Positions 12,346-23,872 of a stretch of DNA of 64,000 nt are shown in pieces. Made by a program: the position numbers and the translations under genes. The first letter of the stretch is position 1. Every line of letters starts with the position of its first letter. Source of the DNA: Centroscyllium fabricii (lineage: Eukaryota). The notes below the pieces were generated by a model. The model did no database searches and was not told the DNA's origin. It was given only the letters and a program-made list of their open reading frames with translations. The stretch covers positions 47,988,001 to 48,052,000 of the forward strand of contig JBNRSN020000016.1 in NCBI GenBank assembly GCA_051313645.2, read 5' to 3'.

Positions 12346-13027
12346 AAGGAATCTCCCAACATCAACATCCTGGAGGTCACCATTGACCAGAAACTTAACT
12401 GGACCAGCCACATAAATACTGTGGCAACAAGAGCAGGTCAGAGGCTGGGTATTCTGCAGCAAGTGTCTCACCTCCTGACTCCCCAAAGCCTTTCCACCAT
12501 CTACAAGGCACAAGTCAGGAGTGTGATGGAATACTCTCCACTTGCCTGGATGAGTGCAGCTCCAACAACATTTAAGAAGCTCGACACCATCCAGGATAAA
12601 GCAGCCCACTTGATTGGCACCCCATTCACCACCTTAAACATTCAGTCTCTCCACCACCTGCGCACTGTGTCTGCAGTGTGTACCATCTACAAGATGCACT
12701 GCAGGAACTCGCCAAGGCTTCTTTGACAGCACCTCCCAAACCTGCGACCTCTACCACCTAGATGGACAAGGGCAGCAGGCGCATGGGAACACCACCACCT
12801 CCAAGTCACATACCATCCTGACTTGGAAATATATCGCCGTTCCTTCATCGTCGCTGGGCCAAGATCCTGGAACTCACTCCCTAACAGCACTGTAGGACTA
12901 CCTTCACCACACGGACTGGGGCGGTTCAAGAAGGCAGCTCACCACCATCTTCTCGAGGGCCATTAAGGATGGGCAATAAATGCTGGCCTTGCCAGCGATG
13001 CCACATCCCAGGAACTAATCAAAAAAA
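12346..13027 (+). mobile_element. CR1/L2-group LINE 3' fragment (RT C-terminal region and 3' UTR)
   Basis: ORF 12421-12726 ...LSTIYKAQVRSVMEYS..W...LDTIQDKAAHLI; 3' end shared with the SINE at 59962. Confidence 0.8.
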
Positions 13028-13315
13028 GTGGAAATTGTACCTGTTTAGAACTGATGGACATGCGCGATTCCCAGTCTTTGTGTAATAGTACTCGACAGAG
13101 CTTCGAGTCACCCTGTACGTTCGCGTGGCATATCTATAGCTTTACCATCACTGTTGGAATCAGGTTATGATATTGTGAATAGCAAGCAGTGTGGGGTGGG
13201 GGTGGGGCAGGAACAAGGCACAGAGAATAAAAAGGCATATTTAGGAGCTTGCTACAAGGCTGCAGCCAGTCATGGTTCAGATGGCAAGGAAAGAAAGCAT
13301 TTGCATTCATGTAGA

Positions 13316-13410
13316 AAAACAGAAAATGCTGGAAACATGCAGCAGGTCAGTCAGTATCTGCAGAGAGAACAGGCAAGTTTGCATTTTGGATATTGACCCT
13401 TTCCTCAGAA
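13316..13410 (-). mobile_element. Degenerate Penelope-like terminal repeat fragment
   Basis: acagaaaatgctggaaacatgcagcaggtcag is reverse-complement-similar to 63150-63195 and 63421-63440. Confidence 0.45.
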
Positions 13411-13431
13411 ATAAGAAGTGGATAGATATAT

Positions 13432-14683
13432 TGGGTTGGATTTTCATCGAGGAGGCGGGACTACAACTTTCGGGGTTGAAGTCCCACCTCCATCGAGTTC
13501 TGGCCAACCCACGTGATTTTGACTTGATTGACCTTGTTGAGCCCACCCAGTGGGCTCAGCAGACCAATTAAGGGCCACCCGGCAACAGGTGACATCACAG
13601 ATTGACATTTCATCTGTCAAGAACTTTTTACAGATGAAATATCAGCGTTTGACAGCTGTTTGAAGCTGTCAAACACTGACAATCTGTACTCTAGGTTAAT
13701 TCCTTCCTCTCAGGATGATTTAGAGATCACCGCAGAACAGAAAGCTGAATGCTGGAACTTTTGACAGTTCGCAGCCATTCTGCTTTCTGTGCCAGTGAGA
13801 TGAGGGACTCCCGAGACCTGTAGGAAGGAAGGCTGTAAAGGTAAGTATAGGTAATTAAACTTCTTTAAACACTTTACACACACCAAACACACTTACCCCT
13901 GCACTTATGCACCCATCAATCACCTAAACACCGGCCATCTCGATCCCTCTAAGCCAGGGGTCCCCAACCTTTTTGGGACCGCGGACCATTTTGGGCTTGT
14001 CAATTTTTTCATGGACCGGGGGGGCGGGGGGGTGTGCTGGCGGAGTTTTTTTGACTGACCGGAGGAGGGGGGGGGGGGGGGGGTGCTGGCGGAGTTTCTT
14101 TGACTGACCGGGGGGGGTGCTGGCGGAGTTTTTTTGACTGACCAGGGGGGGTGCTGGCGGAGTTTTTTTGACTGACCGGGGGGGGTGCTGTCTTCCGTCT
14201 GTGCCTCATTAAACGTCTTCCGTTGGCGAATGATCTGCGCATGCGCCGATTCACAGACCCTTCCGCGGACCGTCGGCGTATGATCTGCGCATGCGCCGAA
14301 TCAGAGACCCTTCCGCGGACCGGTAAAACTGTCCTGCGGACCGGCGGTTGGGGACCGCTGCTCTAAGCCCTTCATCCCGACGGCCCACCTCGCTAACGTG
14401 ACGTGGTTTGGAGCCGTCCGGAATCCCACACTTCAGCAATGAAAATAGGGATTAGGCTAAAAACTGCCTGTTAACTACCTGTTACCAGGCAGTTAATTGG
14501 CACAAATCCCCTTCCCGCCTCAGGGAGGTGGGTCCCAGTGCGGGTCGGGTACCCGCCTCCTTTTAAACTAGCTTGGGGCGGGATGGGTTTGTGCCCTCCC
14601 CCCCCCCCCTCCCCAATTTCCGGATTTTAACCTCCCACACGCCTCCAATCCCGCCTCCACGTCCCAATGAAAATCATGCCCAT
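13432..14683. mobile_element. Harbinger-like MITE hosting a hAT MITE
   Basis: Imperfect TIRs tgggttggattttcatcg..gaggcggga / tcccgcctc..atgaaaatcatgccca; internal short hairpins at 13605-13680. Confidence 0.65.
13955..14360. mobile_element. hAT (Charlie-type) MITE
   Basis: TIR caggggtccccaacc / ggttggggaccgctg; exact 8-bp TSD ctctaagc; internal G-rich ~36-bp repeats; second copy at 47119. Confidence 0.92.
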
Positions 14684-15399
14684 TAATACAACCAGAGATA
14701 AAAATGTAATAAAAACAAACACACAGGAATTATAAGTGGAATGATCTTGGTCAAGTCAAAGGCAGACACACTAAGACGTTAAAGAAACAAAGGGTGTGTA
14801 AATAGTTGAGGAAGTGGCAGCCCTGAGGGAATGCAAATACAGGAGCAATGGATAACCTCGGGCCAGTTATGAAATTTAACCAGTTTTGAAAATGAGGACA
14901 TAGCTAAAGTCTGAAGTTGTTCACACCAGAGGATTGCAGGGCATCGAGAAGTAAAGTGAGATAATGCTCTTGAAGCTTTCGTACAACGCCAATGTTGCGG
15001 GATGAGAACAGGACAAAGTGGCAAGCCACAATGTTGCACTTGCAGACAGAACAGAGATGTTCAGTAGTCACCTCATTCGTGTTTGGTTTCCCCAATTTAG
15101 AGGAGACTTGCATTCATTTAGCACCTTCTAGTTCCCGTGACAGCTTCACAACAAATGAATTACTTTTGAAATGTAGTCACGGTCGTTTCATACACAAACA
15201 CAGCAGCCAATTTGCATGCGGTAAAGGCCCACACACAGCAAATGAGATGAGTAACCCGTTTCACTAGTGTATAGCTAAGGTCTGGACGCAAATATAGTCT
15301 TATGCTGAATTGTTCCACATTTCTTGGTCCGTATAATGCACATATGACTTGCTTTGTTGAAGTTATGATTGCAAAGATTTAGTAAGAACAATTGATAGA

Positions 15400-16630
15400 G
15401 TCTTAATAGACTTGGCGCTCAACATTTGGAACTGATGCAGACCAGCAATCAACAGAGCCAATAGAATGTTGAACTACATAACCTGGAACACAAGTCCGAA
15501 GGAGTCACGATCAAACTGTACAGTGCGTTGGTCAGTCCACACCTTGAGTACTTGGTCCATTTCAGAGGCATAAGGGAGACATTCAAGCACTGGAGGCAGT
15601 GCAAAGAAGAGCAACTAGACGGATCTTTTCTGTTAGAGGTCAAGGTTATGAGAGAAAGACTGGAGATACTTCGGTCTTGAAAGGAGGTGGCTGAGAGGTG
15701 CGGAATGATTTTTAACTGGTCAGAATTGGTGTTAATGAGGTGGGTATGGCCATAAAATGGGGTCAGTAGATTTACAGCCCCATTAAAGTGGAGGCTTCAC
15801 CTGCTGTCATTTTGAAATGGGCTTTCCCTTGGGTAATCAGAGCGCCTGCCTGTTTTCAGGTGGCAGGTCTCTTGATTATGCAAATCGGAGTCCTATGATG
15901 TGGCTGGAATCCACAATTGCAATTATAAAAGGGACACACGGGTGGGCATGTACTGCGCACACTCCGCTCATGTATCCTGGCATTAAACAGTATTCCAAAA
16001 ACAGTCCCGGTACTTTTTCAACATTATATTTTTGTGGAGCCAGAAGGTGCAAGAGCGTTCTCCCGACTCCACAAATATAATGCTGTTCGCTGCTGGCCCA
16101 AGCTCCCACTCACCGTCGGACCTGTGGAGCGACCCATGTGCTGTTTCGGCATAGGAGCCAGCCAGAATTCCTCAGGCCCAAAACAGGCGAGTTACATCAA
16201 GACGCGCATTTGGTGCTCACATTTCGGCAGTTCCATTTAAATGAGGCCCAGGCCTCAAAATGGCTCGGGCCTCTTTGCACATGGAATGAGCGGCCGGCAG
16301 CTGCTCGCCACTGCTTGACCAGCCGCACAAAAGTTAAAACCTATCTGGTGATCTGATAACCGTATATAAGATAGTAAATAACATGGTAAAGGTAAATCTA
16401 AACAATTCCCTTATATTAAATCACAAGGTTAGAACATGGGCCACATGTTCTTTTAACAAAAAGGAAATCTGTGACTGATAGCAGGATGTTATTTTTCACA
16501 CAAAGACTCCTGGATAGAGTAGTGGAGGCGAAAACCCTGAAATCAAGAACTAATTGAATGCTGTGGTGAGAGAATTTAGAGTTATTCTGGAAGGATGGAT
16601 TATGGGCTGAATGGCCTTCTTCAGCCCTAG
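15400..16630 (+). mobile_element. Degenerate CR1 fragment split by a ~650-bp insertion (about 15700-16346)
   Basis: LYSALVSPHLEY motif near 15515-15550; RLRG at 15690-15700 resumes as GDLI at 16347. Confidence 0.55.
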
Positions 16631-16660
16631 AATCTTGTGAAAGCAGAGCCGCAGAAAGGT

Positions 16661-18108
16661 TGCATTGTATTCCACAGTATTGTGGGAATGGATAGGTTGC
16701 ATTGTATTCCATGGAATCATGGGAATGGATAGGCTGCACTGTATTCCACAGTATTGTGGGAATAGATAGGCTGCATTGTATTCCATGGAATCATGGGAAT
16801 GGATAGGCTGCACTGTATTCCATGTTATCATGGGAATGGATAGGCTGCACTGTGTTCCACAGTATCATGGGAATGGATAGGCTGCACTGTATTCCACAGT
16901 ATTGTGGGAATGGATAGGCAGTATTGTGGGAATGGATAGGCTGCATTGTATTCCATGGAATCATGGGAATGGATAGGCTGCACTGTATTCCATGTTATCA
17001 TGGGAATGGATAGGCTGCACTGTGTTCCATGGTATCATGGTAATGGATAGGCTGCACTGTATTCCACAGTATTGTGGGAATGGATATACTGCATTGTATT
17101 CCACATTATCATGGGAATGGATAGGCTGCACTGTATTCCACAGTATTGTGGGAATGGATAGGCTGCACTGTATTCCACAGTATCATGGGAATGGATAGGC
17201 TGCACTGTATTCCACAGTATCATGGGAATGGATAGGCTGTACTGTATTCCACAGTATCATGGGAATGGATAGGCTGCACTGTATTCCACGTTATTGTGGG
17301 AATGGATAGGCTGCACTGTATTCCATGTTATCATGGGAATGGATAGGCTGCACTATATTGTGGGAATGGATAGGCTGCATTGTATTGCACAGTATCATGT
17401 TGCACAGCTACAATACCATGGAATACAGTGCATGGGGCGGCACGGTGGCACAGCGGTTAGCACTGTTGTCTCACAGCACTGGAGACCCGGGTTCAAATCC
17501 AGCCTCGGGTACTATCTGTGTGGAGTTTGCACATTCTCCCCGTGTCTGCGTGGGTTTCCTCCGGGTGCTCCGGTTTCCTCCCACAGTCCAAAGATGTGCG
17601 GGTTAGGTTGATTGGCCATGATAAATTGACCCTTAGTGTTAGGGGGATTGAATATGTGGGGTTACGGGGATATGGAGGGATATGTGTCAGTTTAGGCTCG
17701 ATAGGGATCGAGGGATGTGGGGAGAGGGCAGGGACAGGGTGCTGGGTTTGGATGACCAGCCATGATCTCATTGAATGGCGGGGCGGGCCGAGTGGCCTAC
17801 TCCTGCTCCTAGTTTCTATGTTTCTATCATGGGAGTGGATAGGCTGCACTCTATTCCACGGTAGCATGGGAATGGATAGGCTGCACTGTATTCCACGGTA
17901 TTGTGGGAATGGATAGGCTGCACTGTATTCCACGGTATTGTGGGAATGGATAGGCTGCACTGTATTCCACGGTATTGTGGGAATGGATAGGCTGCACTGT
18001 ATTCCACAGTATTGTGGAAATGGATAGGCTGCACTGTATTCCACAGTAGTGTGGGAATGGATAGGCTGCACTGTATTCCACGGTATTGTGGGAATGGATA
18101 GGCTGCAA
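16661..18108. repeat. 37-bp minisatellite (gggaatggataggctgcactgtattccacagtattgt) interrupted by a V-SINE
   Basis: Period 37 (ctgcactg at 17881 and 17918). Confidence 0.95.
17434..17827 (+). mobile_element. V-SINE, full length
   Basis: Same head, V-domain and tail as 690-1095. Confidence 0.92.
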
Positions 18109-18184
18109 TGCTTCTCCGGATAACGGAGGAGCAGATAAGCTGCATTGTATTGCTGAAGAGGGGGTGGTTGAGGTACACTGTAAT

Positions 18185-18372
18185 ACAACATATAGCATCT
18201 TCAGTGCAGGAAAATGTCCCAAGGCACTTCCTGGGACTGTGATCAGACAAATCTTAACACTGATCCAAAGAAGAAGCGATTATGATGGGTGATTAAAAGC
18301 TTGGTCAAGTTAGTAGGTTTTAAAGAGGGTCTTAAAGGCGAAGAGCGGTGGAGAGGCGGAGAGGTTTACACA
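18185..18372 (-). mobile_element. L2 LINE 3' fragment
   Basis: atgtcccaaggcacttc...aaaagcttggtcaa...gtaggttttaa matches 21709-21903 and 23105-23260. Confidence 0.6.
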
Positions 18373-19315
18373 GGGTTATAACTGAAACGGCATCCTTCTG
18401 TTTGCATCCTGTTTATGTCAAAAGCATTTCTGCAGGTTACACTTCAAGTTGTTTAGTAGCATATGTGAGGATTCTGTGTCACCAATCAGACCTTCTGGGT
18501 CAATAGTAGCAGCACATCGGCAGCATTTCACAAGCAGCCACGGTTGCAGGTTGTTTTTGGACATAAATGCTGATTATTTTGTGCATGTTACAGGTGACAT
18601 CATCATTCTTGGACTAGAATTGTTGACTGGGTATGGAGAAGAAAACCCAAGTATGCTAGACTATGCTAAATAATTCTATGTGGCATTCACTTGTTAGTCT
18701 AGGAGGTAGCTGTATAAGAACCAGCAAACTGTGGCTAATCATATCTCTGCTGTTCATAACTAGTTGATAGAGGTTACTTTGCTGCAGCTGGATGACTGGC
18801 ACTCAATGTGATTTATGATGTGACTGGTATTGATCTGGTCTAAAGTTTAACTTTTTCTTTTCAGACCAGACTTGTTCATTTACAACTTCCAGGTTTCTGA
18901 TAAATTGATAAGTCCCCATCAATAAATAGTGGAGCTTTTGGCACATGATCAGAATATTGCGTATTGATTACCTGCAATAGGTGTGATTTTAATCGGGTAT
19001 CCTCATAAAGCTTATCTGCACACCCACAGTGTGTAAATACCTGAGTGGAGGTAAATTGGATTGAATGAAATGGAAGGCACTATTCCTGTCACAACAAACG
19101 AACAAGACCTTCAGTGCATGGCACTGACTTAGCAGCTGTGAGTAATGTTAATCATCCAGAGCTGACTGTGTATCTTAGAGAGGCTGTTAATCTGAATCTT
19201 GTAATTCCTGTTGTATTTTATAAGATTCTGGTGCTGAAGTCATACTTTCAAAATGAAAAGGAATAAAAATGCTTAATTGAAATACCCAACCATCTCCACT
19301 AATGACCCATGAGAT

Positions 19316-19709
19316 GGGCGGCACGGTGGCATAGTGGTTAGCACTGTTGCCTCACAGCACTGGAGACCCGGGTTCAAATCCAGCCTCGGTTACTATCAGT
19401 GTGGAGTTTGCACATTCTCCCCGTGTCTGCGTGGGTTTCCTCCGGGTGCTCCGGTTTCCTCCCACAGTCCAAAGATGTGCGGGTTAGGTTGATTGGCCGT
19501 GATAAATTGACCCTTAGTGTTAGGGGGATTAAATATGTGAGGTTACGGGGATAGGGTGGGGTATGTGGCTCGATAGGAATCGAGGGATATTGGGAGAGGG
19601 CAGGGACAGGGTGCTGGGTTTGGATGATCAGCCATGATCTCATTGAATGGCGGAGCAGGCTCGAAGGGCCGAATGGCCTACTCCTGCTCCTATCTTCTAT
19701 GTTTCTATG
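19316..19709 (+). mobile_element. V-SINE, full length
   Basis: Same structure as 690-1095. Confidence 0.92.
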
Positions 19710-19833
19710 GAAGTGGTGACGAGACCGATTGTCAGGCCCAGATTCCTGTGCTGGGCTCATTGCTCCTACCTATACCTTAATTGGACGGCAACCTACTGAA
19801 TTCAGTGAGGTCATTGGAGTCCAATAAGAAACA

Positions 19834-20578
19834 TGGGGGAAAAATTGGTTTGCGCCCCGTTTGAGGCGCTAACCTCAGAAATTAGCGCCCCGAAAAAGTT
19901 AGCGCCGTTGCGCCTTAAATTGGGTTTTAGCGCCCCAAGTAGGAGGTGGGGCATTACTGCAGGCGCCCCACCTCATTCCATGAGTGCAACAGCTAAAGTT
20001 CGGGCCACTGTCTGTCGCTGCAGCACGCTGCGCCGGGGTACTGCTGGCCTCCCTCACCTTCTTAAAGGGAGTGGCCTAGCGCGGCGCGGCCCGGAGCCCC
20101 GCTGGACCACCTGGGCTCGGGAGTGCCGCCAAAGGAGCCCGGCACTCGAGGGAAGTGCCGGGCTCACGGAGCACAGCCAGCACTCCGCGGGGGGGGCGAC
20201 ATCGGGGAAGGCCGGGGACGGCAGAGGGGGCAGGTGCTGGCAGGCGGCCAGCAAGAAAAATGGCCGCCCGCCACCCCCCCTTTAAATAGCGCTGGCCCGG
20301 CTGCAACTGCGTCTCCCTGACCCTGTCGGTGACAGCGTCCGGCGCTAAGTCAGGGGGCGCGAGTGAAGTTTGAGGCCGGGGCACGAGCGAGGCGCTGCGC
20401 ACGGTGTTGACGTCATCGCTGGCGGTGCAGCACCACGGGGCGCTACCGGCTGCCGCCGCCGCCAGCACCCCGCTGAATATAACGGGAGGCCTCAGCCCAG
20501 GCGCTAGGTGCCTTGCGCCCCATTAGCAGCCCTCTTAGTGCGCTAACGGCTGGCGCAAGCCACCCGATTGTTCCCCCA
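19834..20578. mobile_element. GC/CpG-rich MITE (probably Harbinger-type)
   Basis: TIRs tgggggaaaaattggtttgcgcc / ggcgcaagccacccgattgttccccca; internally homologous to 30574-31305 and 60895-61578. Confidence 0.75.
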
Positions 20579-21708
20579 TAGTCATTTAGCCCAGGCTTGT
20601 CTGCTCCAGGTTAATTCCAGCCTACTCAAAATAGGACCAGACAGAATCGAGACACTTCACCAGAGGGGAGAATTAGCAAACATTCCACCTAAGCTTCAGT
20701 ATTCCAGTCCACACAGATGTTCATGGTCACCCACCTGTCTCTTCAATTGGAGTAAAGCATGTGTGGCCCAAGATGCAAAGTAGATGAAAACTTCACAGAC
20801 CACATTTTTTAGCAGCATTTTGCTTAATAAATGTTGCAATTTGGCCAGGGCTGAATTTTGTGAAAGTAAATATTCTGTTCGTTTTTTTAAACATGTTTTA
20901 ATATTCATTAATTTGACACTTCATTCATCCCGTTACTTGCCTGTTAATGGTACCTTCCTTACCTTTCAGTACCATATATTACGTCGGGAATAATCTGTTG
21001 TAAAATGTTAACCTTGTGAAAACCTTCTGTGGCTCATGAGATTAATTAATGTTACAAAAGATAGTACCTGTAGTATCCTGTAAGTCGTGGGACCTACAAA
21101 AGGCCCTCGGTTTACATTTTAGAGTGGAGTGTTTTGAAATTTAACCTGAACAATGCAAAAATAAGAAATATTGTATAAAATTCCAGGTAGCTAAGGATGC
21201 ATTCATCGCCAGGATCTCAGTGGTACAGGTGATTATAGATGATTAAATCTGAATCTCAGATTATGGCAACCTCTGAACCCCAAACCTCACTTGGTTATTG
21301 AAGCATCTGCTGAAATTAATGTATGGTTCTCTCTTTAAAAAAATAAATCTCAATTTTCTGATTGAAATTCTTTCCGTCAGGCCTTCCTAAGTCAAACTTC
21401 CAACAACACTGGGCCTTCAGACACTTTCCTGTTAAAATTATGGCAACACCAGGCCTTTAAATCAGCAGCTGACCTTCCACTTTTCAAGGCAATGCCCATG
21501 GGCCTTTTAAATCACCGCTGGCCCTTCTGTGTGGGGGCAAAGAAATCTTGTAAATCTAAGAAATCTTCAGAATCTACTTATTCTTCTGTCACTAGGAGGA
21601 ATTTGAAAAAGCAGCCCGAAGAACAAGGTTGCTGCACAGACCTGGGACAGTGTTGCACAGGAAGACGGATCATTTGCTTTTTGTCTATTCCAGATACTCT
21701 ACTGCAAC

Positions 21709-21904
21709 AACAACAACCCTTTGTATTTATATAGCACCTTTAATGTAGTAAAACATCCCAAGGCGCTTCACAGGAATATTAAAAGACAGCAAAAAAAATG
21801 TTGACATCGAGCCACATATGGAGAAATTAGGTCAGGTGACCAAAAGCTTGGTCGAGGTAGGTTTGAAGGAGCGTCTTAAAGGAGGGAAAAGAGAGGTAGC
21901 GAGG
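21709..21904 (-). mobile_element. L2 LINE 3' end
   Basis: (caa)n tail then tttgtatttatatagcacctttaatgtagtaaaacatcccaaggcgcttcacagg. Confidence 0.7.
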
Positions 21905-21906
21905 TA

Positions 21907-22255
21907 CAGGTTGAGCACCGTTAATCTGGCACCCTCGGGACCAGGCCCACTGAAAATTCCAAACCACTGAAGGTTCGGGGGGAGCGCGCGGTAGAACACT
22001 CCCTGGGGCCCGGAGCGCGTGGGTAGAACACTCCCCAGAGCCCGGAACACGTGGGTAGAGCACTCCCCAGGAGGGAGCCCGGGGATAGAACACTTACAAG
22101 ACCTGAAAAAGCAGAAACCCAAACGCCCGCTCGCTCCCCCTTCCCGGGAAACGGTGGCGCTGCCAAGCGGCTGCTCCGCAAAATGAACAGCGCCGGTTTC
22201 CAAATCGTGCCGGACCATCGGGTGCCGGGGTGCCGGATTACCGGTGCTCAACCTG
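21907..22255 (-). mobile_element. pogo/Tigger-like MITE
   Basis: TIRs caggttgagcaccg / cggtgctcaacctg, TA on both sides; about four 32-bp internal units. Confidence 0.92.
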
Positions 22256-22517
22256 TAGTGGTTTTGACAAATGTGTAAGCATGTTGGTTGCTGTTGTGTT
22301 ACTAATGCCCAGCGCAAGATATTGGTGGATGTATTCTGTGGTATAGTTCAAGAATGTTTTATTTTGAGTGACCTGTTTTACGTAACGATATTGTCACCTG
22401 TTGAAGTGACCTTTTTCAAATGCTGGGAGGAAGAGTAAGCTTTCCTTGAGAAATAGTAATATTGAAAATCTGATCCTGTAAAGTGTCACCTTTTTAAGAT
22501 AGATATGTTGACAAGGT

Positions 22518-22672
22518 CATAGAATCATAGAATCCCTACAGTGCAGATAAAGGCCATTTCGGCCCATCGAGCCTGCACCGACCCACATCCCACCCTATCC
22601 CCGTAACCCCACATATCCCACCCTATCCCCGTAACCCCACACATATTCAATCCCCCTAACACTAAGGGTCAA
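22518..22672 (-). mobile_element. V-SINE 3' fragment with alternative tail
   Basis: V-SINE body (ttgacccttagtgttagggggattgaatatg) ends gatgggccgaaatggcctttatctgcactgtagggattctatgattctatg. Confidence 0.8.
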
Positions 22673-22910
22673 CAGCCCAAGGAGCTACATGTTCAAAGGT
22701 GTGGGCTCCACTTGCGGAAACCCAAATTCAAATCTCAGTAATAATAGCCAATTATATGCAGCCTTCCCTATTGTGTGTGCAGCAACCTCGAGCAAGTCAG
22801 AGGGGTTAGAGGTGAAGTGGGGGGGGGGGGGGAACATTTCCCTTCACACTCAAATCTGCTTTGTGGCTGGATTGACCGAGAATTGGCATGGCAATGTGGA
22901 AATATTTGAA

Positions 22911-23015
22911 TGCAAGAAGTCACACAACACCAGGTTATAGTCCAACAGTTTTATTTTAAATCACAAGCTTTCGGAGCGCTGCTCCTTCCTCAGGTGAAGT
23001 GACACCTCCACATCA
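22911..23015. mobile_element. Short Penelope-like insertion with inverted segment and hammerhead core
   Basis: 12-bp TSD gaaatatttgaa (22899-22910, 23016-23027); homologous to 63194-63414. Confidence 0.75.
22961..22997 (-). ncRNA. Minimal type I hammerhead ribozyme motif
   Basis: Minus strand UCAC-CUGAGGA-A-GGAGC-AGC-GCUCC-GAAA-GCUU-GUGA: core, stem II and stem I (UCAC/GUGA) all pair. Confidence 0.65.
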
Positions 23016-23104
23016 GAAATATTTGAAACTAACCACTAGGATCAAAATTGCATTGCTAATATAAAGGCTTGTAGAATAAATACCCATGGCATTTCTTTTT
23101 TAAA

Positions 23105-23872
23105 ATAATGCACATTTATATATATTGAGTGGGAAAGTGTCCCAAGGTGCTTCACAGAAGGGTAATCGGACAAAAATTGACACTGAACCAAAGAAGAAGG
23201 TATTAGGAGTGGTGACTAGAAGTTTGGTCAGAGGTGGTTTTAAGGATGGTCTAAGAGAGGAGGAGAGGTTCAGGGAGGGAATTCCAGAGCTTAGGGCCTA
23301 GGCAGCTGAAAGCACAGCCGCCAGTTGTGCGGTTAAGGGAATGGGGAATTCACAAGAGGCTAGAGTTGGAGGAAAGCAATGTTCTCTCAGATTTGTTGGG
23401 TTGAAGGGGTTTAGAGACCAGGAGAGTCGAGGCCATGAAACGATTTGAACACAAAGATGAGCTTTTTAAATTGGAAGTATTCGGAGACTGGAAACCAATA
23501 CAGGTCAGCGATGATAGAGAAGTTGGAATTGGTGCGCGTAGGATATCGGTACAGGTAGTAGAGTTTTGGTTGAGCTGAAGTTCATGGAGGAAGGGAGGCC
23601 AGCCAGGAGAGCATTCAAATAGTCGAGTCTGGAGGTGGCAAAGGCATGGATGAGAGTTTCTGCAGGGATGGAGATGGGTGATGTTACGGAGGTGGAATTA
23701 GACAGTCTTTGTGATGGAGCGCATACAAGGGGCGGAAGCTCAGCTCAGGTCAAATAGGATGCCAATATTGCAAACAGTTGGCTTCAACCTGAGAATGTGG
23801 GACGTGGAGGAAGATGGAATTGGAGGTGAGGGTATGGAGTTTATGGTGGGGGAAGAAAGATGATGATGGTCT
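23105..23872 (-). mobile_element. Degenerate L2 LINE 3' fragment
   Basis: gtgtcccaaggtgcttcacag...gggagggaattccagagcttagggcctaggcagctgaa; gcattcaaatagtcgagtctggaggt reads TSRLDY on the minus strand. Confidence 0.7.

Noticed and set aside
16661-18108. CRISPR-like array (37-bp repeats)
   Set aside because: Head-to-tail units with no unique spacers and no cas genes; it is a vertebrate minisatellite
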